Shown piece by piece: positions 33,567 to 43,680 of a stretch of DNA of 64,000 nt. Location of the stretch: assembly GCA_963662315.1 (NCBI GenBank), contig OY759353.1, forward strand, positions 2,496,001-2,560,000, given 5' to 3'. Each line of letters starts with the position of its first letter. The first letter of the stretch is position 1. The notes below the pieces were generated by a model, which saw only the letters and a program-made list of their open reading frames with translations, did no database searches and was not told where the DNA came from. The position numbers were made by a program, and so were the translations under genes. The stretch comes from Geopsychrobacteraceae bacterium (GTDB lineage: Bacteria > Desulfobacterota > Desulfuromonadia > Desulfuromonadales > Geopsychrobacteraceae).

Positions 33567-34488
33567 CTGTAACAATAACCAGACGACAGTTGTCGACAAT
33601 TCTGCATAACTGGCCAAAAGGATCGTCAGCCCCTTCAAGCCAGATAATATTCACCCCGTTTTTTTCCATCCGGCGAAAAAAGGTTTCCTGACGTTTGGCA
33701 AATTTGGCAATAGCGCGACTCAGCTCCAGCAGCATCGCATCTCTACTGGTCTGTCCTTGCAGATACTGGGCAATCAGGCGGTATTCAAGACCATAAAATT
33801 CCAGTTGCTTCCAGGCCACCCCCTGTCTATGCAGCTCTGCAACTTCTTCAATCATTCCCGCATCGACCCGTGCCTGTAAACGCTGCGTAATGCGTTGGCG
33901 TAACATCTCACGCGGCCAGCGCAGGCCAAATATCAGAGGCATGAGCCTGGGCATTGGAGGCATCTCTTTAATTGCTAGCTGCTCTCCAATAGCTATCTCA
34001 ATAGCACGGATCAGGCGCTCGCGCAGTTCAAGGTCAGTCATATTATGTTGATCCGGTTTCAGAGCGAGCAACTTCTGTCGCAATTGAGCATCACTTAAAA
34101 CCGCCAATTCCATACGCAATTCTGAATTTTCCGGAACTTCAACAAGCCGGTAGCCACGCAATACAGCGTCAAGATACATCCCCGTGCCACCACACAGCAC
34201 CGGCAGTTTCTGTCGCTCCTGAATTTTTTCTATAGCCGTGAAACAATCGCGCTGAAAACGGAACAGGTTATATTCCGTGCCGGGTTCAGCAATATCAATC
34301 AAGTGGTAAGGCACAGTTCCGTACTCGGCAAGGTCTTTTCCACTACCAATATCCATCCCCCGGTAAACTTGCCGTGAATCAGCGGAAATAACTTCACCGC
34401 CATAACGCTGGGCAGCCTGCACGGCTAATCCAGTCTTACCACCGGCAGTAGCACCCAGAACGACCAGAAGATTGTAGTCTGTTGTCAT
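33559..34488 (-). CDS. miaA: tRNA dimethylallyltransferase
   Basis: GATAGGKT, ISADSRQVYRGMDIGSGK, HLIDI, GGTGMY, FAKRQETFFR. Confidence 0.95.
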   Translation of the reverse strand: MTTDYNLLVVLGATAGGKTGLAVQAAQRYGGEVISADSRQVYRGMDIGSGKDLAEYGTVPYHLIDIAEPGTEYNLFRFQRDCFTAIEKIQERQKLPVLCGGTGMYLDAVLRGYRLVEVPENSELRMELAVLSDAQLRQKLLALKPDQHNMTDLELRERLIRAIEIAIGEQLAIKEMPPMPRLMPLIFGLRWPREMLRQRITQRLQARVDAGMIEEVAELHRQGVAWKQLEFYGLEYRLIAQYLQGQTSRDAMLLELSRAIAKFAKRQETFFRRMEKNGVNIIWLEGADDPFGQLCRIVDNCRLVIVTDD

Positions 34489-34588
34489 TTGTTTTAGCCC
34501 TTCGCTGAAACCAGTTTATTCCTTTGCCCTGTGCCGGACATCTGTTATAGTCCCGTTGTTTTATCTCAACCCATGAAAAAATCAACAG

Positions 34589-35833
34589 ATGAATGAAAAT
34601 AATCCAGTAATCCTGAAACGGGATCAACACAACATATCCCGCAAACAGATCGACCCTGACTGTTTGAAAGTCCTCTACCGACTGCACCGGAATGGCTATA
34701 AAGCCTACTTGGTGGGAGGTAGCGTTCGTGATCTTTTACTTGGCCGACAACCCAAAGATTTTGATATTGGAACGGATGCAACCCCAACCCAGGTGCGCAA
34801 GCTATTTCGCAACTGCTTTCTGGTTGGCCGACGTTTTCGCCTGGCCCACATCCGTTTTGCTGATAACAAAGTCATTGAGGTTGCCACCTTCAGACGCCAT
34901 CCAACTGATGACGAGCTTCCGGATGATCCGGATGAGCATTTCCACTTCGTGCAAAATGTGTTCGGCACGCCCTATGAAGATGCCCAGCGACGTGACTTTA
35001 CCATCAATGCTCTGTTCTACAATATTGCTGATTTCTCGGTCATTGACCATGTGGGTGGTCTGCAGGACCTTAACAGTAAAGTGATACGCGTCATCGGCGA
35101 TCCCATGGTGCGCTTTGTCGAAGATCCGGTGCGCATGCTGCGGACCCTGGAATTTGCCAGCCGCCTTGATTTCAGTATCAATGCAGATATCTGGCCAGCA
35201 ATCGAAGCCCACAAAGAACTCATGGCGACAGCAGCCCCAGCGCGTATCCGTGAAGAAGTTATGGAACTGTTCCGGCGCGGCATAGCAGCTCCGGTTCTTA
35301 AACAATGCCGTGAACTTGGCCTGCTCTCTCATTTACTGGCGGGCTATCCAGGTAGCGACGAGGGAATCGCGCTGCTCAACCAGATTGATCAGCGCACCAG
35401 ACAGGGACAACCACCCCGTGAATCCCTGGCTATTGCCGCTCTCTACCTGAGACTGTTTCTGGATCTGTGTCAGCCGGCTACCCAGCATAACCTGGCGCAG
35501 GTCCTGCACCAGCTCAACGAGCTCTTAACACCGCATTGCCGCTATTTCAGCATTGCCAGCGGAATTCGCCACGAGGCGAGAGAGCTACTGATGGGGTGCT
35601 TTCGCCTGGCCCGCGGCCGCGGTTTTCGCGGCGAAAGACGTTTTTTGGAGAATCCTGCGGCTAAAAGCGCTCTGGAACTGTTCTGCCTGCTGGCAGAAGT
35701 TCGCCCCCAATTAGCCCCCCTAGCCCAAGACTGGCTTCAGGCCGTACCTGGCAAGAAAACAGCGTCTAAAGCAAAAGCTCCCTACCGGAAACGTCGGTCC
35801 CGAAAAAAAATTCATCACAATCCTGTCACCTAA
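34589..35833 (+). CDS. pcnB: Poly(A) polymerase
   Basis: VGGSVRD, KDFDI, PAP-specific LVGRRFRLAHI, RRDFTINAL, EDPVRMLR, basic C-terminal tail. Confidence 0.9.
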   Translation: MNENNPVILKRDQHNISRKQIDPDCLKVLYRLHRNGYKAYLVGGSVRDLLLGRQPKDFDIGTDATPTQVRKLFRNCFLVGRRFRLAHIRFADNKVIEVATFRRHPTDDELPDDPDEHFHFVQNVFGTPYEDAQRRDFTINALFYNIADFSVIDHVGGLQDLNSKVIRVIGDPMVRFVEDPVRMLRTLEFASRLDFSINADIWPAIEAHKELMATAAPARIREEVMELFRRGIAAPVLKQCRELGLLSHLLAGYPGSDEGIALLNQIDQRTRQGQPPRESLAIAALYLRLFLDLCQPATQHNLAQVLHQLNELLTPHCRYFSIASGIRHEARELLMGCFRLARGRGFRGERRFLENPAAKSALELFCLLAEVRPQLAPLAQDWLQAVPGKKTASKAKAPYRKRRSRKKIHHNPVT

Positions 35834-36047
35834 AGTCACCATCCCCGCTTATTTAGGCGGGGAAAGCAAAAACACGTATCTATTTCAGCATATCCAAAAT
35901 AATTAAGCTATCTCCGCTAAAAATAGTGGTTTAATACTCACTTTTAAAGAGGTTAGCCCGTTGTAATGATATCTCATTTCTGTTATCGTTCCTTGATTAA
36001 CATTCTCTTAGCCCTGGGGTTTTTCTTTCTGTTTTTCAGGAGCCGTT

Positions 36048-38261
36048 ATGAAACTGGACAGTCTGCAAAGCAAAATCAGTGGTACATTGATCTTGGTCCT
36101 GCTTATCGTTCTGGGTATCGGATTCACCATCACATCCATCCAATCGCGGAACCTTCTCAACCAACAGGCTGAAGAATCAAGTGAGGCTGTTCACGAAGTT
36201 ATTATTGAGCAGGCCCGGGGTATTTTCGCCAGCCTTGACATCGGCACCCGTGGCTCCCTAGAACGTGGTGAGATGGAGGTTTTTGATGAACTGATCAATG
36301 GACTCGGTTCAGTGCCCGGAGTCATTGAGGTCGGTCTGGCGAATCCCAAAGGAAACACCAGTTACTCAAGTAACCGTAACCAGGTTGGGCAACCAGTAAA
36401 AGACCTGAACATCACAAGTCCATCGGCGACCATCAATATGGAAAGCGAAGCTACAGACACCGTCTTCTTGGCCCAGGGGAGAAAGTTTGAAGAAAAATGC
36501 ATCGATTGTCACGATGATGCTAAAATTGGCAATCTCGCCGGAGTCCTGTATTTAAAATACAGCCTGGCCAAATTAGCCAAAGAGCGTCAACACAATGCGG
36601 CGATACTTGCCAGTTCCACAACCGAAAGTATTACAAGTAACACCATTATTGCCTTATCCTGCCTGTTTATTACCTGGTTGGTGTTGTACTTAATGATGCG
36701 CAGGATGATCGTTTCCCCATTAGTCAATATCAAAGATGTGCTGACCAGCATCAGCCATGGGCACCTGAATACACGGCTTAACTTAAAACAGAGTGACATG
36801 ATCGGCCAGACCGCCCGCACCCTTGATGCCCTGGCTGACAGCCTGCAACAGGAGATTGTTCTGCCACTTCAGCAATTGTCGCAACGCGATCTGACCTTCA
36901 GCGTCAGTCCCCATGACAATCATGACGAACTGCGCCTGGCGATAAAAACACTCGGCGAAGATCTCGGCAGCTTGATCAAGGATTTTCAAACTGCCGGCGA
37001 GCAGATCGATCTCGGCAGCTCACAAGTCAGCGCAGCAGCACAGCAGTTGTCCGATGGCGCGACCCAATCAGCCGCATCGGTTGAGCAGATCAGCAGCTCC
37101 ATGAATCAGATCGGCAGCCAGACCAATGCCAGTGCCGATAGTGCCCGCCAGGCGAATCAACTGGCACAGACGGCCCAGCAGGCGGCAGACACTGGCATGC
37201 AGCGCATGACTGATATGATTCAGGCCATGGGCGAAATAAATTCTGCCAGTCAAAATATAGGCAAGATCATTAAAGTCATTGATGAAATAGCCTTCCAGAC
37301 CAACCTGCTGGCTTTAAATGCTGCCGTTGAAGCCGCACGTGCCGGACAACATGGCAAAGGATTTGCCGTTGTTGCGGAAGAAGTCCGCAACTTGGCGGCC
37401 CGTAGTGCCAAAGCCGCAGCAGAAACAGCAGAACTGATTGAAGGCTCTGTGGCAAAGACCAGCAATGGCACCCAAATTGCCGAAGGAACTGCCGCCGCAC
37501 TCGAAGAAATAGTGGCTGCCATCAGCAAGGTCACCACCCTGATATCGGACATAGCCACCGCCAGTAGCGAACAGGCCCAGGGTATCAGCCAGGTCAACCA
37601 GGGTCTCCAGCAGATTGACCAAGTCATCCAGAGCAATACTGCCAACGCCGAAGAAAGCGCCGCAACCAGTGAAGAACTTTCCACCCAGGCGGCGGAACTC
37701 AGGTACCAGCTCAGCCTGTTTAAACTTCACAACGGCCCACGCTCCTCCAGACAGCTTGACCCTCCGGTGCAGCAGCCATGGCGTGCCCAATCCTCTGCCC
37801 AATCGGCCATTGCTCAACACACCTTTACCAAGGAGTCTTCCAAGACCCATCTTGAATGGGACAACAGGTTCAAAACGGGTCTCCCACTTATAGACAATCA
37901 ACATAAAACCCTCATTGAACTGATCAATCGCCTGTTTTCCTGTATGCGTGACGGTGGAAATCGTCAGCAGACCATGGAAATTGTCGATGAGCTGGTAAAC
38001 TATACAGTAACGCACTTCCAGGCTGAAGAAGATTTAATGAGAAAACATCATTACCCGGCTCTTGGTGAACACATCAAGGTTCACCAAAAATTTGTTTCTC
38101 AAGTTTCTGTTTTTGCACAAAAAATTAAGTCTGACAGTCATTTGGCACCGGCAGATATTTATAAATTCCTCAAGGACTGGCTGATCAATCACATTGAAAA
38201 AGAGGACCGGGACGGCTACGGCTCATTCATAACAAAGTCGAGACAAGGCACTTCAAATTAA
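36048..38261 (+). CDS. Methyl-accepting chemotaxis protein with periplasmic CXXCH and C-terminal bacteriohemerythrin
   Basis: Two TM helices, CIDCH between them, [24 protein letters not shown] tip; hemerythrin ligands QH, HFQAEE, HIKVH, HIEKED. Confidence 0.93.
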   Translation: MKLDSLQSKISGTLILVLLIVLGIGFTITSIQSRNLLNQQAEESSEAVHEVIIEQARGIFASLDIGTRGSLERGEMEVFDELINGLGSVPGVIEVGLANPKGNTSYSSNRNQVGQPVKDLNITSPSATINMESEATDTVFLAQGRKFEEKCIDCHDDAKIGNLAGVLYLKYSLAKLAKERQHNAAILASSTTESITSNTIIALSCLFITWLVLYLMMRRMIVSPLVNIKDVLTSISHGHLNTRLNLKQSDMIGQTARTLDALADSLQQEIVLPLQQLSQRDLTFSVSPHDNHDELRLAIKTLGEDLGSLIKDFQTAGEQIDLGSSQVSAAAQQLSDGATQSAASVEQISSSMNQIGSQTNASADSARQANQLAQTAQQAADTGMQRMTDMIQAMGEINSASQNIGKIIKVIDEIAFQTNLLALNAAVEAARAGQHGKGFAVVAEEVRNLAARSAKAAAETAELIEGSVAKTSNGTQIAEGTAAALEEIVAAISKVTTLISDIATASSEQAQGISQVNQGLQQIDQVIQSNTANAEESAATSEELSTQAAELRYQLSLFKLHNGPRSSRQLDPPVQQPWRAQSSAQSAIAQHTFTKESSKTHLEWDNRFKTGLPLIDNQHKTLIELINRLFSCMRDGGNRQQTMEIVDELVNYTVTHFQAEEDLMRKHHYPALGEHIKVHQKFVSQVSVFAQKIKSDSHLAPADIYKFLKDWLINHIEKEDRDGYGSFITKSRQGTSN

Positions 38262-38419
38262 CGTAAGTTATTAAGTTATAGCTGCTTTTTTACGCAGTTA
38301 ATTATTATTAATTTTTTTAGCTTTTTCTCTTTAACTTTGTTTATTTGTTTTATATAATTAAATTCTGTTTTAATTCATATGGACTTCACTACTCTAAATC
38401 TTTCCGTTGAGGATCGGTA

Positions 38420-40720
38420 ATGGGCACAGAAATAGACGACGATCAAATTGAAATTATCCAGGAATTTGTCACTGAAAGCCGCGACATGATTGAGCAACTG
38501 GAACCAGCTATCATAGAGCTGGGCCAGAACAGCGACCCTGAGACAATCAATGCCATCTTCCGCTTGTTCCACTCAATGAAAGGGAGCGCTGGCTTTCTTG
38601 AGTTTGATCATTTAACACGGGTTGCTCATGCAGCTGAGAATTTGCTCGATCTCATTCGTAATAAAGAAATTGAGCTGATTCCTAGCCACGTTACCCTGTT
38701 GTGTGAATCATGCGATTTTGCTAAAGAAGCGCTTGATATGATTGAGAGCGACTTCAATGATGATTCAATGGTCGCAGCTGCTGACGAAATTTCCGTAAAG
38801 CTGCACCACGCCATTGAGCATCAGGGGGAAGAATCTGTAGAGACTGACAGCACAACCGGAGCAACCGTTTCGACTCCTGAGGATCTCGCTCCGTCCCCTG
38901 CAACGTTAGAGCCCGTCGATTCACCATTCCCACAGATGGAAATTACGGAAGAGATGCGCGTCAGCTTTGTCCAGGAAGGAAACGAACTGCTACAGAATGC
39001 TGAGCAGGGCTTACTGTTGTGGGGGGAAAATCCCGACGACAAAGATACCCTTGGCGATATTTTTCGCCATATTCACAGTTTTAAAGGCAACTGCGGTTTT
39101 TTCGGATTTGCGGATCTGGAAAAACTGAGCCACCAGATGGAAAACATTTTGGATCGGGCCAAATCAGGGTCTCGGCTAGCCACCGACACTCCTGCCGATC
39201 AGTTACTGATCAGTCTGGATGTCCTGCAGCAGGCAGTTAATAACATTGCCGATGGGAAAAGTGACAAGATTGACGATATTAGCAGCCATCTGGCCGACTT
39301 GAACAAACTGCTGGCTCCGCTGCTCGGTGACTTCCTGGTTGAGGAGGGTGTTCAGGAAGACGCCATTTCCACCGCAGTAAAAACTCAGAAAAAACCTGTT
39401 GGTGAAATCCTGATCCAGCAAGGCGCAGCTTCGCAGCAACAGATTGACAGTGCGCTGAAGAAGCAACAGGACAAAATCGATCAGAGCAAAGCTGAGGCTA
39501 AACAACCGGCCGCCCGCTCCAAAACACCGGCGAAAAGGCAAGATATCCGTGTTGAACTTGGCAAGCTTGACAACCTGATCAACCTGATTGGCGAGCTGGT
39601 TATTGCTGAAAATATGCTGATCCATAACCCTGACCTCAAAGGCCTGGAACTGGAAAACTTTAACAAAGCCGGCCAACACATGTCTAAACTGGTGCGGGAA
39701 CTGCAGGAAATGGCCATGACCATCCGCATGATTCCAGTATCCGGCCTGTTCCGCCGTATGATTCGACTGGTCCACGATATTTCGGTTAAAGCGGGTAAGA
39801 AAGTTGATCTGCAACTGATCGGTGAAGAAACTGAAATTGACAAGACCGTTATTGAGACAATCACCGATCCCCTGGTTCACTTGCTGCGCAACTCCCTTGA
39901 CCACGGTCTAGAAACACCGGCACAAAGGACAGCTGTAGGCAAGATTGATAAAGGAACGATTAAACTCTCAGCCCGCCATGAAGAAGGCGAAGTATGGGTC
40001 ACCATCGAAGATGATGGCCGAGGCTTGAATAGGGAAAAAATTCTCGAAAAAGCGATCATCAAAGGACTGATTGAAGGGGATGGCTCTGACCTCAGCGAAA
40101 AACAGATCAACAATCTGATTTTTGCCCCAGGATTTTCAACGGCAGCGCAAATAACCGATATTTCTGGTCGTGGCGTTGGTATGGATGTCGTCAAAAAGAA
40201 CCTTGAAAAAATCAAAGGTAAAATTGACGTCACCAGCAACCCGGGCCAGGGGACCAAAATCACTCTGCGCATTCCGCTGACCCTGGCAATTATTGACGGT
40301 ATGATCGTGCGGGTCGGAACCACAACCTGTATCGTTCCGACCCTGTCAATTCTTGAGGCTTATCGCCCGGATATGGGCTCAATCACCATCACTCCCGATG
40401 GCGAAGAGCTGGCCCGCGTCCGTGAAAACTTTTTCCCGATCGTCCGACTGCACAAGATTCTTGACAAGCAACCCGACTCCCAAAAACTATCTGACGGGAT
40501 TCTCATTGTCCTTGAATATCAAGAAACCCGCTTCTGCCTGTTCATAGACGAGATCCTCGGTCAGCAGCAAACGGTCATCAAGGGCCTGTCTGACTTTATC
40601 GGCAACGTTCAGGGAGTTTCAGGCTGCACCATCCTTGGCGATGGTGGCATCAGTCTGATTCTGGATGTCGGCAGCCTGATGGAATCGGCAAGCCGTAAAC
40701 AAGATCACGCTTTCGAATAA
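38420..40720 (+). CDS. cheA: Chemotaxis histidine kinase CheA with two Hpt domains
   Basis: IFRLFHSMKG and IFRHIHSFKG, LVHLLRNSLDHG, EDDGRG, ISGRGVGMDVV, C-terminal CheW domain. Confidence 0.97.
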   Translation: MGTEIDDDQIEIIQEFVTESRDMIEQLEPAIIELGQNSDPETINAIFRLFHSMKGSAGFLEFDHLTRVAHAAENLLDLIRNKEIELIPSHVTLLCESCDFAKEALDMIESDFNDDSMVAAADEISVKLHHAIEHQGEESVETDSTTGATVSTPEDLAPSPATLEPVDSPFPQMEITEEMRVSFVQEGNELLQNAEQGLLLWGENPDDKDTLGDIFRHIHSFKGNCGFFGFADLEKLSHQMENILDRAKSGSRLATDTPADQLLISLDVLQQAVNNIADGKSDKIDDISSHLADLNKLLAPLLGDFLVEEGVQEDAISTAVKTQKKPVGEILIQQGAASQQQIDSALKKQQDKIDQSKAEAKQPAARSKTPAKRQDIRVELGKLDNLINLIGELVIAENMLIHNPDLKGLELENFNKAGQHMSKLVRELQEMAMTIRMIPVSGLFRRMIRLVHDISVKAGKKVDLQLIGEETEIDKTVIETITDPLVHLLRNSLDHGLETPAQRTAVGKIDKGTIKLSARHEEGEVWVTIEDDGRGLNREKILEKAIIKGLIEGDGSDLSEKQINNLIFAPGFSTAAQITDISGRGVGMDVVKKNLEKIKGKIDVTSNPGQGTKITLRIPLTLAIIDGMIVRVGTTTCIVPTLSILEAYRPDMGSITITPDGEELARVRENFFPIVRLHKILDKQPDSQKLSDGILIVLEYQETRFCLFIDEILGQQQTVIKGLSDFIGNVQGVSGCTILGDGGISLILDVGSLMESASRKQDHAFE

Positions 40721-40740
40721 TACGCATAAAGGAGAAAAAC

Positions 40741-41244
40741 ATGGCTGAAGAATTGAGCATGACAAGCCTGGAAAATGAAGATACCCAACGGGACAAGTAC
40801 CTGACTTTTCACTTGGCTGGTGAAGATTACGGCATTGAGATCCGCTATGTTATAGAAATCATTGGTATCCAGAATATTACTGAGGTCCCTGATATGCCAG
40901 CGTTTATTCGTGGTGTCATCAACCTGCGCGGCAAAGTTATTCCGGTTATGGATGTCCGTAATCGCTTTAACCTTGAAGATCGCGATTATGATGACCGTAC
41001 CTGTATCATCGTCGTCAATGTTGACAGTACCGAAGTCGGCCTGGTCGTTGATGAAGTGAGCGAGGTTGCTGATATTCCCGAAGCCAATGTTGAACCTCCA
41101 CCAAAAACCAATCGCAATTCAGAAAGCAGCTACATTCAGGGGATGGGGAAAATCAATAACGATGTCAAAATCCTCCTGGATGTTCACAAGCTACTGTACA
41201 GCGGCGAGATGATGGAACTTGCTGCAGCTTTTGACGATCAGTAA
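40741..41244 (+). CDS. cheW: CheW
   Basis: KYLTFHL...GVINLRGKVIPV...GLVVDEVSEV. Confidence 0.97.
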   Translation: MAEELSMTSLENEDTQRDKYLTFHLAGEDYGIEIRYVIEIIGIQNITEVPDMPAFIRGVINLRGKVIPVMDVRNRFNLEDRDYDDRTCIIVVNVDSTEVGLVVDEVSEVADIPEANVEPPPKTNRNSESSYIQGMGKINNDVKILLDVHKLLYSGEMMELAAAFDDQ

Positions 41245-41254
41245 TATTAAGCTT

Positions 41255-42124
41255 ATGGCAGAACAAATGAAAAACACCGAGTATCAGGGAAGCATGATGG
41301 CCATCAGCGATGATGAATTTGCCAGACTGCGCAATCTGATCCATCAACGCTTTGGCATCAATCTGACCGAGCAGAAACGTTCACTGTTGGTAGGACGGCT
41401 ACAGAAGCTGATGCGACGCCTGCATCTGTCGAATTTTTCAGATTACTATGACTACCTGAAAGAGGACCAGACGGAAGGAGCGCTGGGTGAACTTGTCGAT
41501 CTCATATCGACAAACCATACCTACTTTAACCGTGAAAAAGATCATTTTGACTATTTTTCACAAACAGCGCTGCCCGCAGTTATTGAGAAGCTGAAGCAAG
41601 AGAAACGCCGTGATCTGCGTATCTGGTGTGCAGGCTGTTCTACCGGTGAGGAACCCTACACGTTATTGATGCTGATGATGGAATATCTGGGTGCTGACTA
41701 CGCATCCTGGGATGCGGGAATCCTGGCTACCGATATTTCTGACCGAGCTCTGACCATTGCCAAACGGGGTGCCTATGCCACCGACCGGGTCATGCAATTA
41801 CCCGAGAACCTGCGTAGAAAATATTTCACCACTGCAGGTCCTGGGGAAATGCAGGTCATTGACAAGCTGAAGAAGGAAGCAACATTCAGGCGCTTTAACC
41901 TGATGAACACGACGTTTCCGTTTAAAAAGCCATTCCAGATGATCTTCTGCCGGAATGTCATGATTTATTTTGACCAAGAAACCCGTGAAGCATTAGTTAG
42001 TCGTTACCACAAAGCCACGGAACCTGGCGGATACCTGTTTATCGGGCATTCAGAGACTCTGGGCCGGAATCAATCCCTCTACCGCTATATCAAGCCGGCA
42101 CTCTACCAGAAAGGGCCCAATTAA
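41255..42124 (+). CDS. cheR: Chemotaxis methyltransferase CheR
   Basis: TNHTYFNRE, IWCAGCSTGEEPY, IFCRNVMIYF, GHSE. Confidence 0.97.
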   Translation: MAEQMKNTEYQGSMMAISDDEFARLRNLIHQRFGINLTEQKRSLLVGRLQKLMRRLHLSNFSDYYDYLKEDQTEGALGELVDLISTNHTYFNREKDHFDYFSQTALPAVIEKLKQEKRRDLRIWCAGCSTGEEPYTLLMLMMEYLGADYASWDAGILATDISDRALTIAKRGAYATDRVMQLPENLRRKYFTTAGPGEMQVIDKLKKEATFRRFNLMNTTFPFKKPFQMIFCRNVMIYFDQETREALVSRYHKATEPGGYLFIGHSETLGRNQSLYRYIKPALYQKGPN

Positions 42125-43182
42125 TGGCTCGTCAAGTTCGCGTTCTGATTGTCGATGATTCGGCCCTGGTGCGAAATATTCTGAGCCAGGGGCTGGCAAT
42201 GGACCCGGGTATCGAGGTTGTGGGTACCGCCTCGGACCCGTACATCGCGCGGGACAAAATTGTTGAGCTGCAACCCGATGTTCTTACCCTGGATGTTGAG
42301 ATGCCACGCATGGATGGTGTTGCGTTCTTGCGTAAACTGATGCCACAGTACCCGATTCCAGTTGTCATGGTCAGTTCGCTGACCCAACGTGGTAAGCAGA
42401 TTACCATGGAAGCTCTTGATGCCGGTGCTGTAGATTTTGTTGCCAAACCGACCAGCAATGTTTCGGCAGGGCTCAATGCCATGTTGCTTGAGCTCAGGTC
42501 GAAGGTCAAAATTGCATCGACCGCTAACGTCTCACACTGGAAAGGAAAACGCCCGGTGGCACCAGTATTCGCAACCTCAATCAGCTCATCTGCTCTGGCT
42601 GAATCAACGGATAAAGTCATTGCCATTGGCGCTTCAACCGGGGGCACCGAGGCGATTCGTCGCGTAATTGAAAATTTTCCGGCATCAACCCCCGGAACCG
42701 TTATCGTCCAGCATATGCCGAGCGGTTTTACCAAAATGTTTGCTGATCGTCTTAATCAGCTGTGCCAGATGCAGGTCAAAGAAGCGGAGCACGGTGACCG
42801 TGTCCGCACTGGACTGGTGCTCATTGCACCAGGGGGCAGACAACTGGAAGTTGTCCGTTCTGGTGGCTTCTACGAGGTACGTCTAGGTAACAGTGACAAA
42901 GTCAGCGGCCATTGCCCGTCAGTTGATGTCATGATGCACTCAGTCGCTAAACACGTTGGAGCGAACGCCATTGGAGCCATGCTTACCGGTATGGGCCAGG
43001 ATGGCGCCGATGGTATGTTGGCCATGCGCCAGGCCGGTGCCCATTGTATTGCCCAAGATGAAGCATCTTCAGTTGTTTTCGGAATGCCGAAGGTTGCCTT
43101 TGAAAAGGGTGGAGCAGAGCGCCTGGTACCATTGGATAAAATCGCGACATCGTTACTTAACTTACTCACGGAGAAGAGATAA
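42124..43182 (+). CDS. cheB: Chemotaxis methylesterase CheB
   Basis: Receiver domain plus GASTGG, VQHMP, LTGMGQDGA. Confidence 0.98.
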   Translation: MARQVRVLIVDDSALVRNILSQGLAMDPGIEVVGTASDPYIARDKIVELQPDVLTLDVEMPRMDGVAFLRKLMPQYPIPVVMVSSLTQRGKQITMEALDAGAVDFVAKPTSNVSAGLNAMLLELRSKVKIASTANVSHWKGKRPVAPVFATSISSSALAESTDKVIAIGASTGGTEAIRRVIENFPASTPGTVIVQHMPSGFTKMFADRLNQLCQMQVKEAEHGDRVRTGLVLIAPGGRQLEVVRSGGFYEVRLGNSDKVSGHCPSVDVMMHSVAKHVGANAIGAMLTGMGQDGADGMLAMRQAGAHCIAQDEASSVVFGMPKVAFEKGGAERLVPLDKIATSLLNLLTEKR

Positions 43183-43671
43183 ATGGGGCAAGTTATACTT
43201 GGAGTTGGGGATTTCGGATCTTCAAACAGTCCTGGGGATGATGTTAAAACCTTCGCATTGGGATCATGCGTTGCGGTTATCTTCCTGGACCCAAAGACCC
43301 GGACAGTAGGCATGGCCCATGTGGCCCTGCCCGACTCATCAATCAATAAAGCCAAGGCCGCAGAAAAACCAGGCTATTTTGCAGATACCGCAATTCCGGC
43401 CCTGCTTGATCAGATGACTAAATTTGGATGCGACAAGCGCGGCAGAGGAATGGTTGTTAAACTTTGTGGTGGAGCAAATGTCATGGATACCAATGACACA
43501 TTCCAGATTGGTAAACGTAACGCACTTGCGATCAAGAAAATTCTCTGGTCATATGGCATGGGTGCGGTAGCTGAAGATCTGGGCGGCAATTTCAGCCGTA
43601 CCGTAGCGGCTTCGGTTTCGGCAGGCCAGATAACCCTCAGTTCACCCGGCAAGCCTAATTGGCAGCTATAG
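43183..43671 (+). CDS. cheD: Chemoreceptor glutamine deamidase CheD
   Basis: ALGSCVAV, GMAHVALP, KLCGGA, IGKRN, EDLGG. Confidence 0.95.
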   Translation: MGQVILGVGDFGSSNSPGDDVKTFALGSCVAVIFLDPKTRTVGMAHVALPDSSINKAKAAEKPGYFADTAIPALLDQMTKFGCDKRGRGMVVKLCGGANVMDTNDTFQIGKRNALAIKKILWSYGMGAVAEDLGGNFSRTVAASVSAGQITLSSPGKPNWQL

Positions 43672-43680
43672 GAGGAGGAC

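Noticed and set aside
35945..35972. Sigma28 promoter upstream of the MCP
   Set aside because: TAAAG is present but the -10 region is a poor match to GCCGATAA
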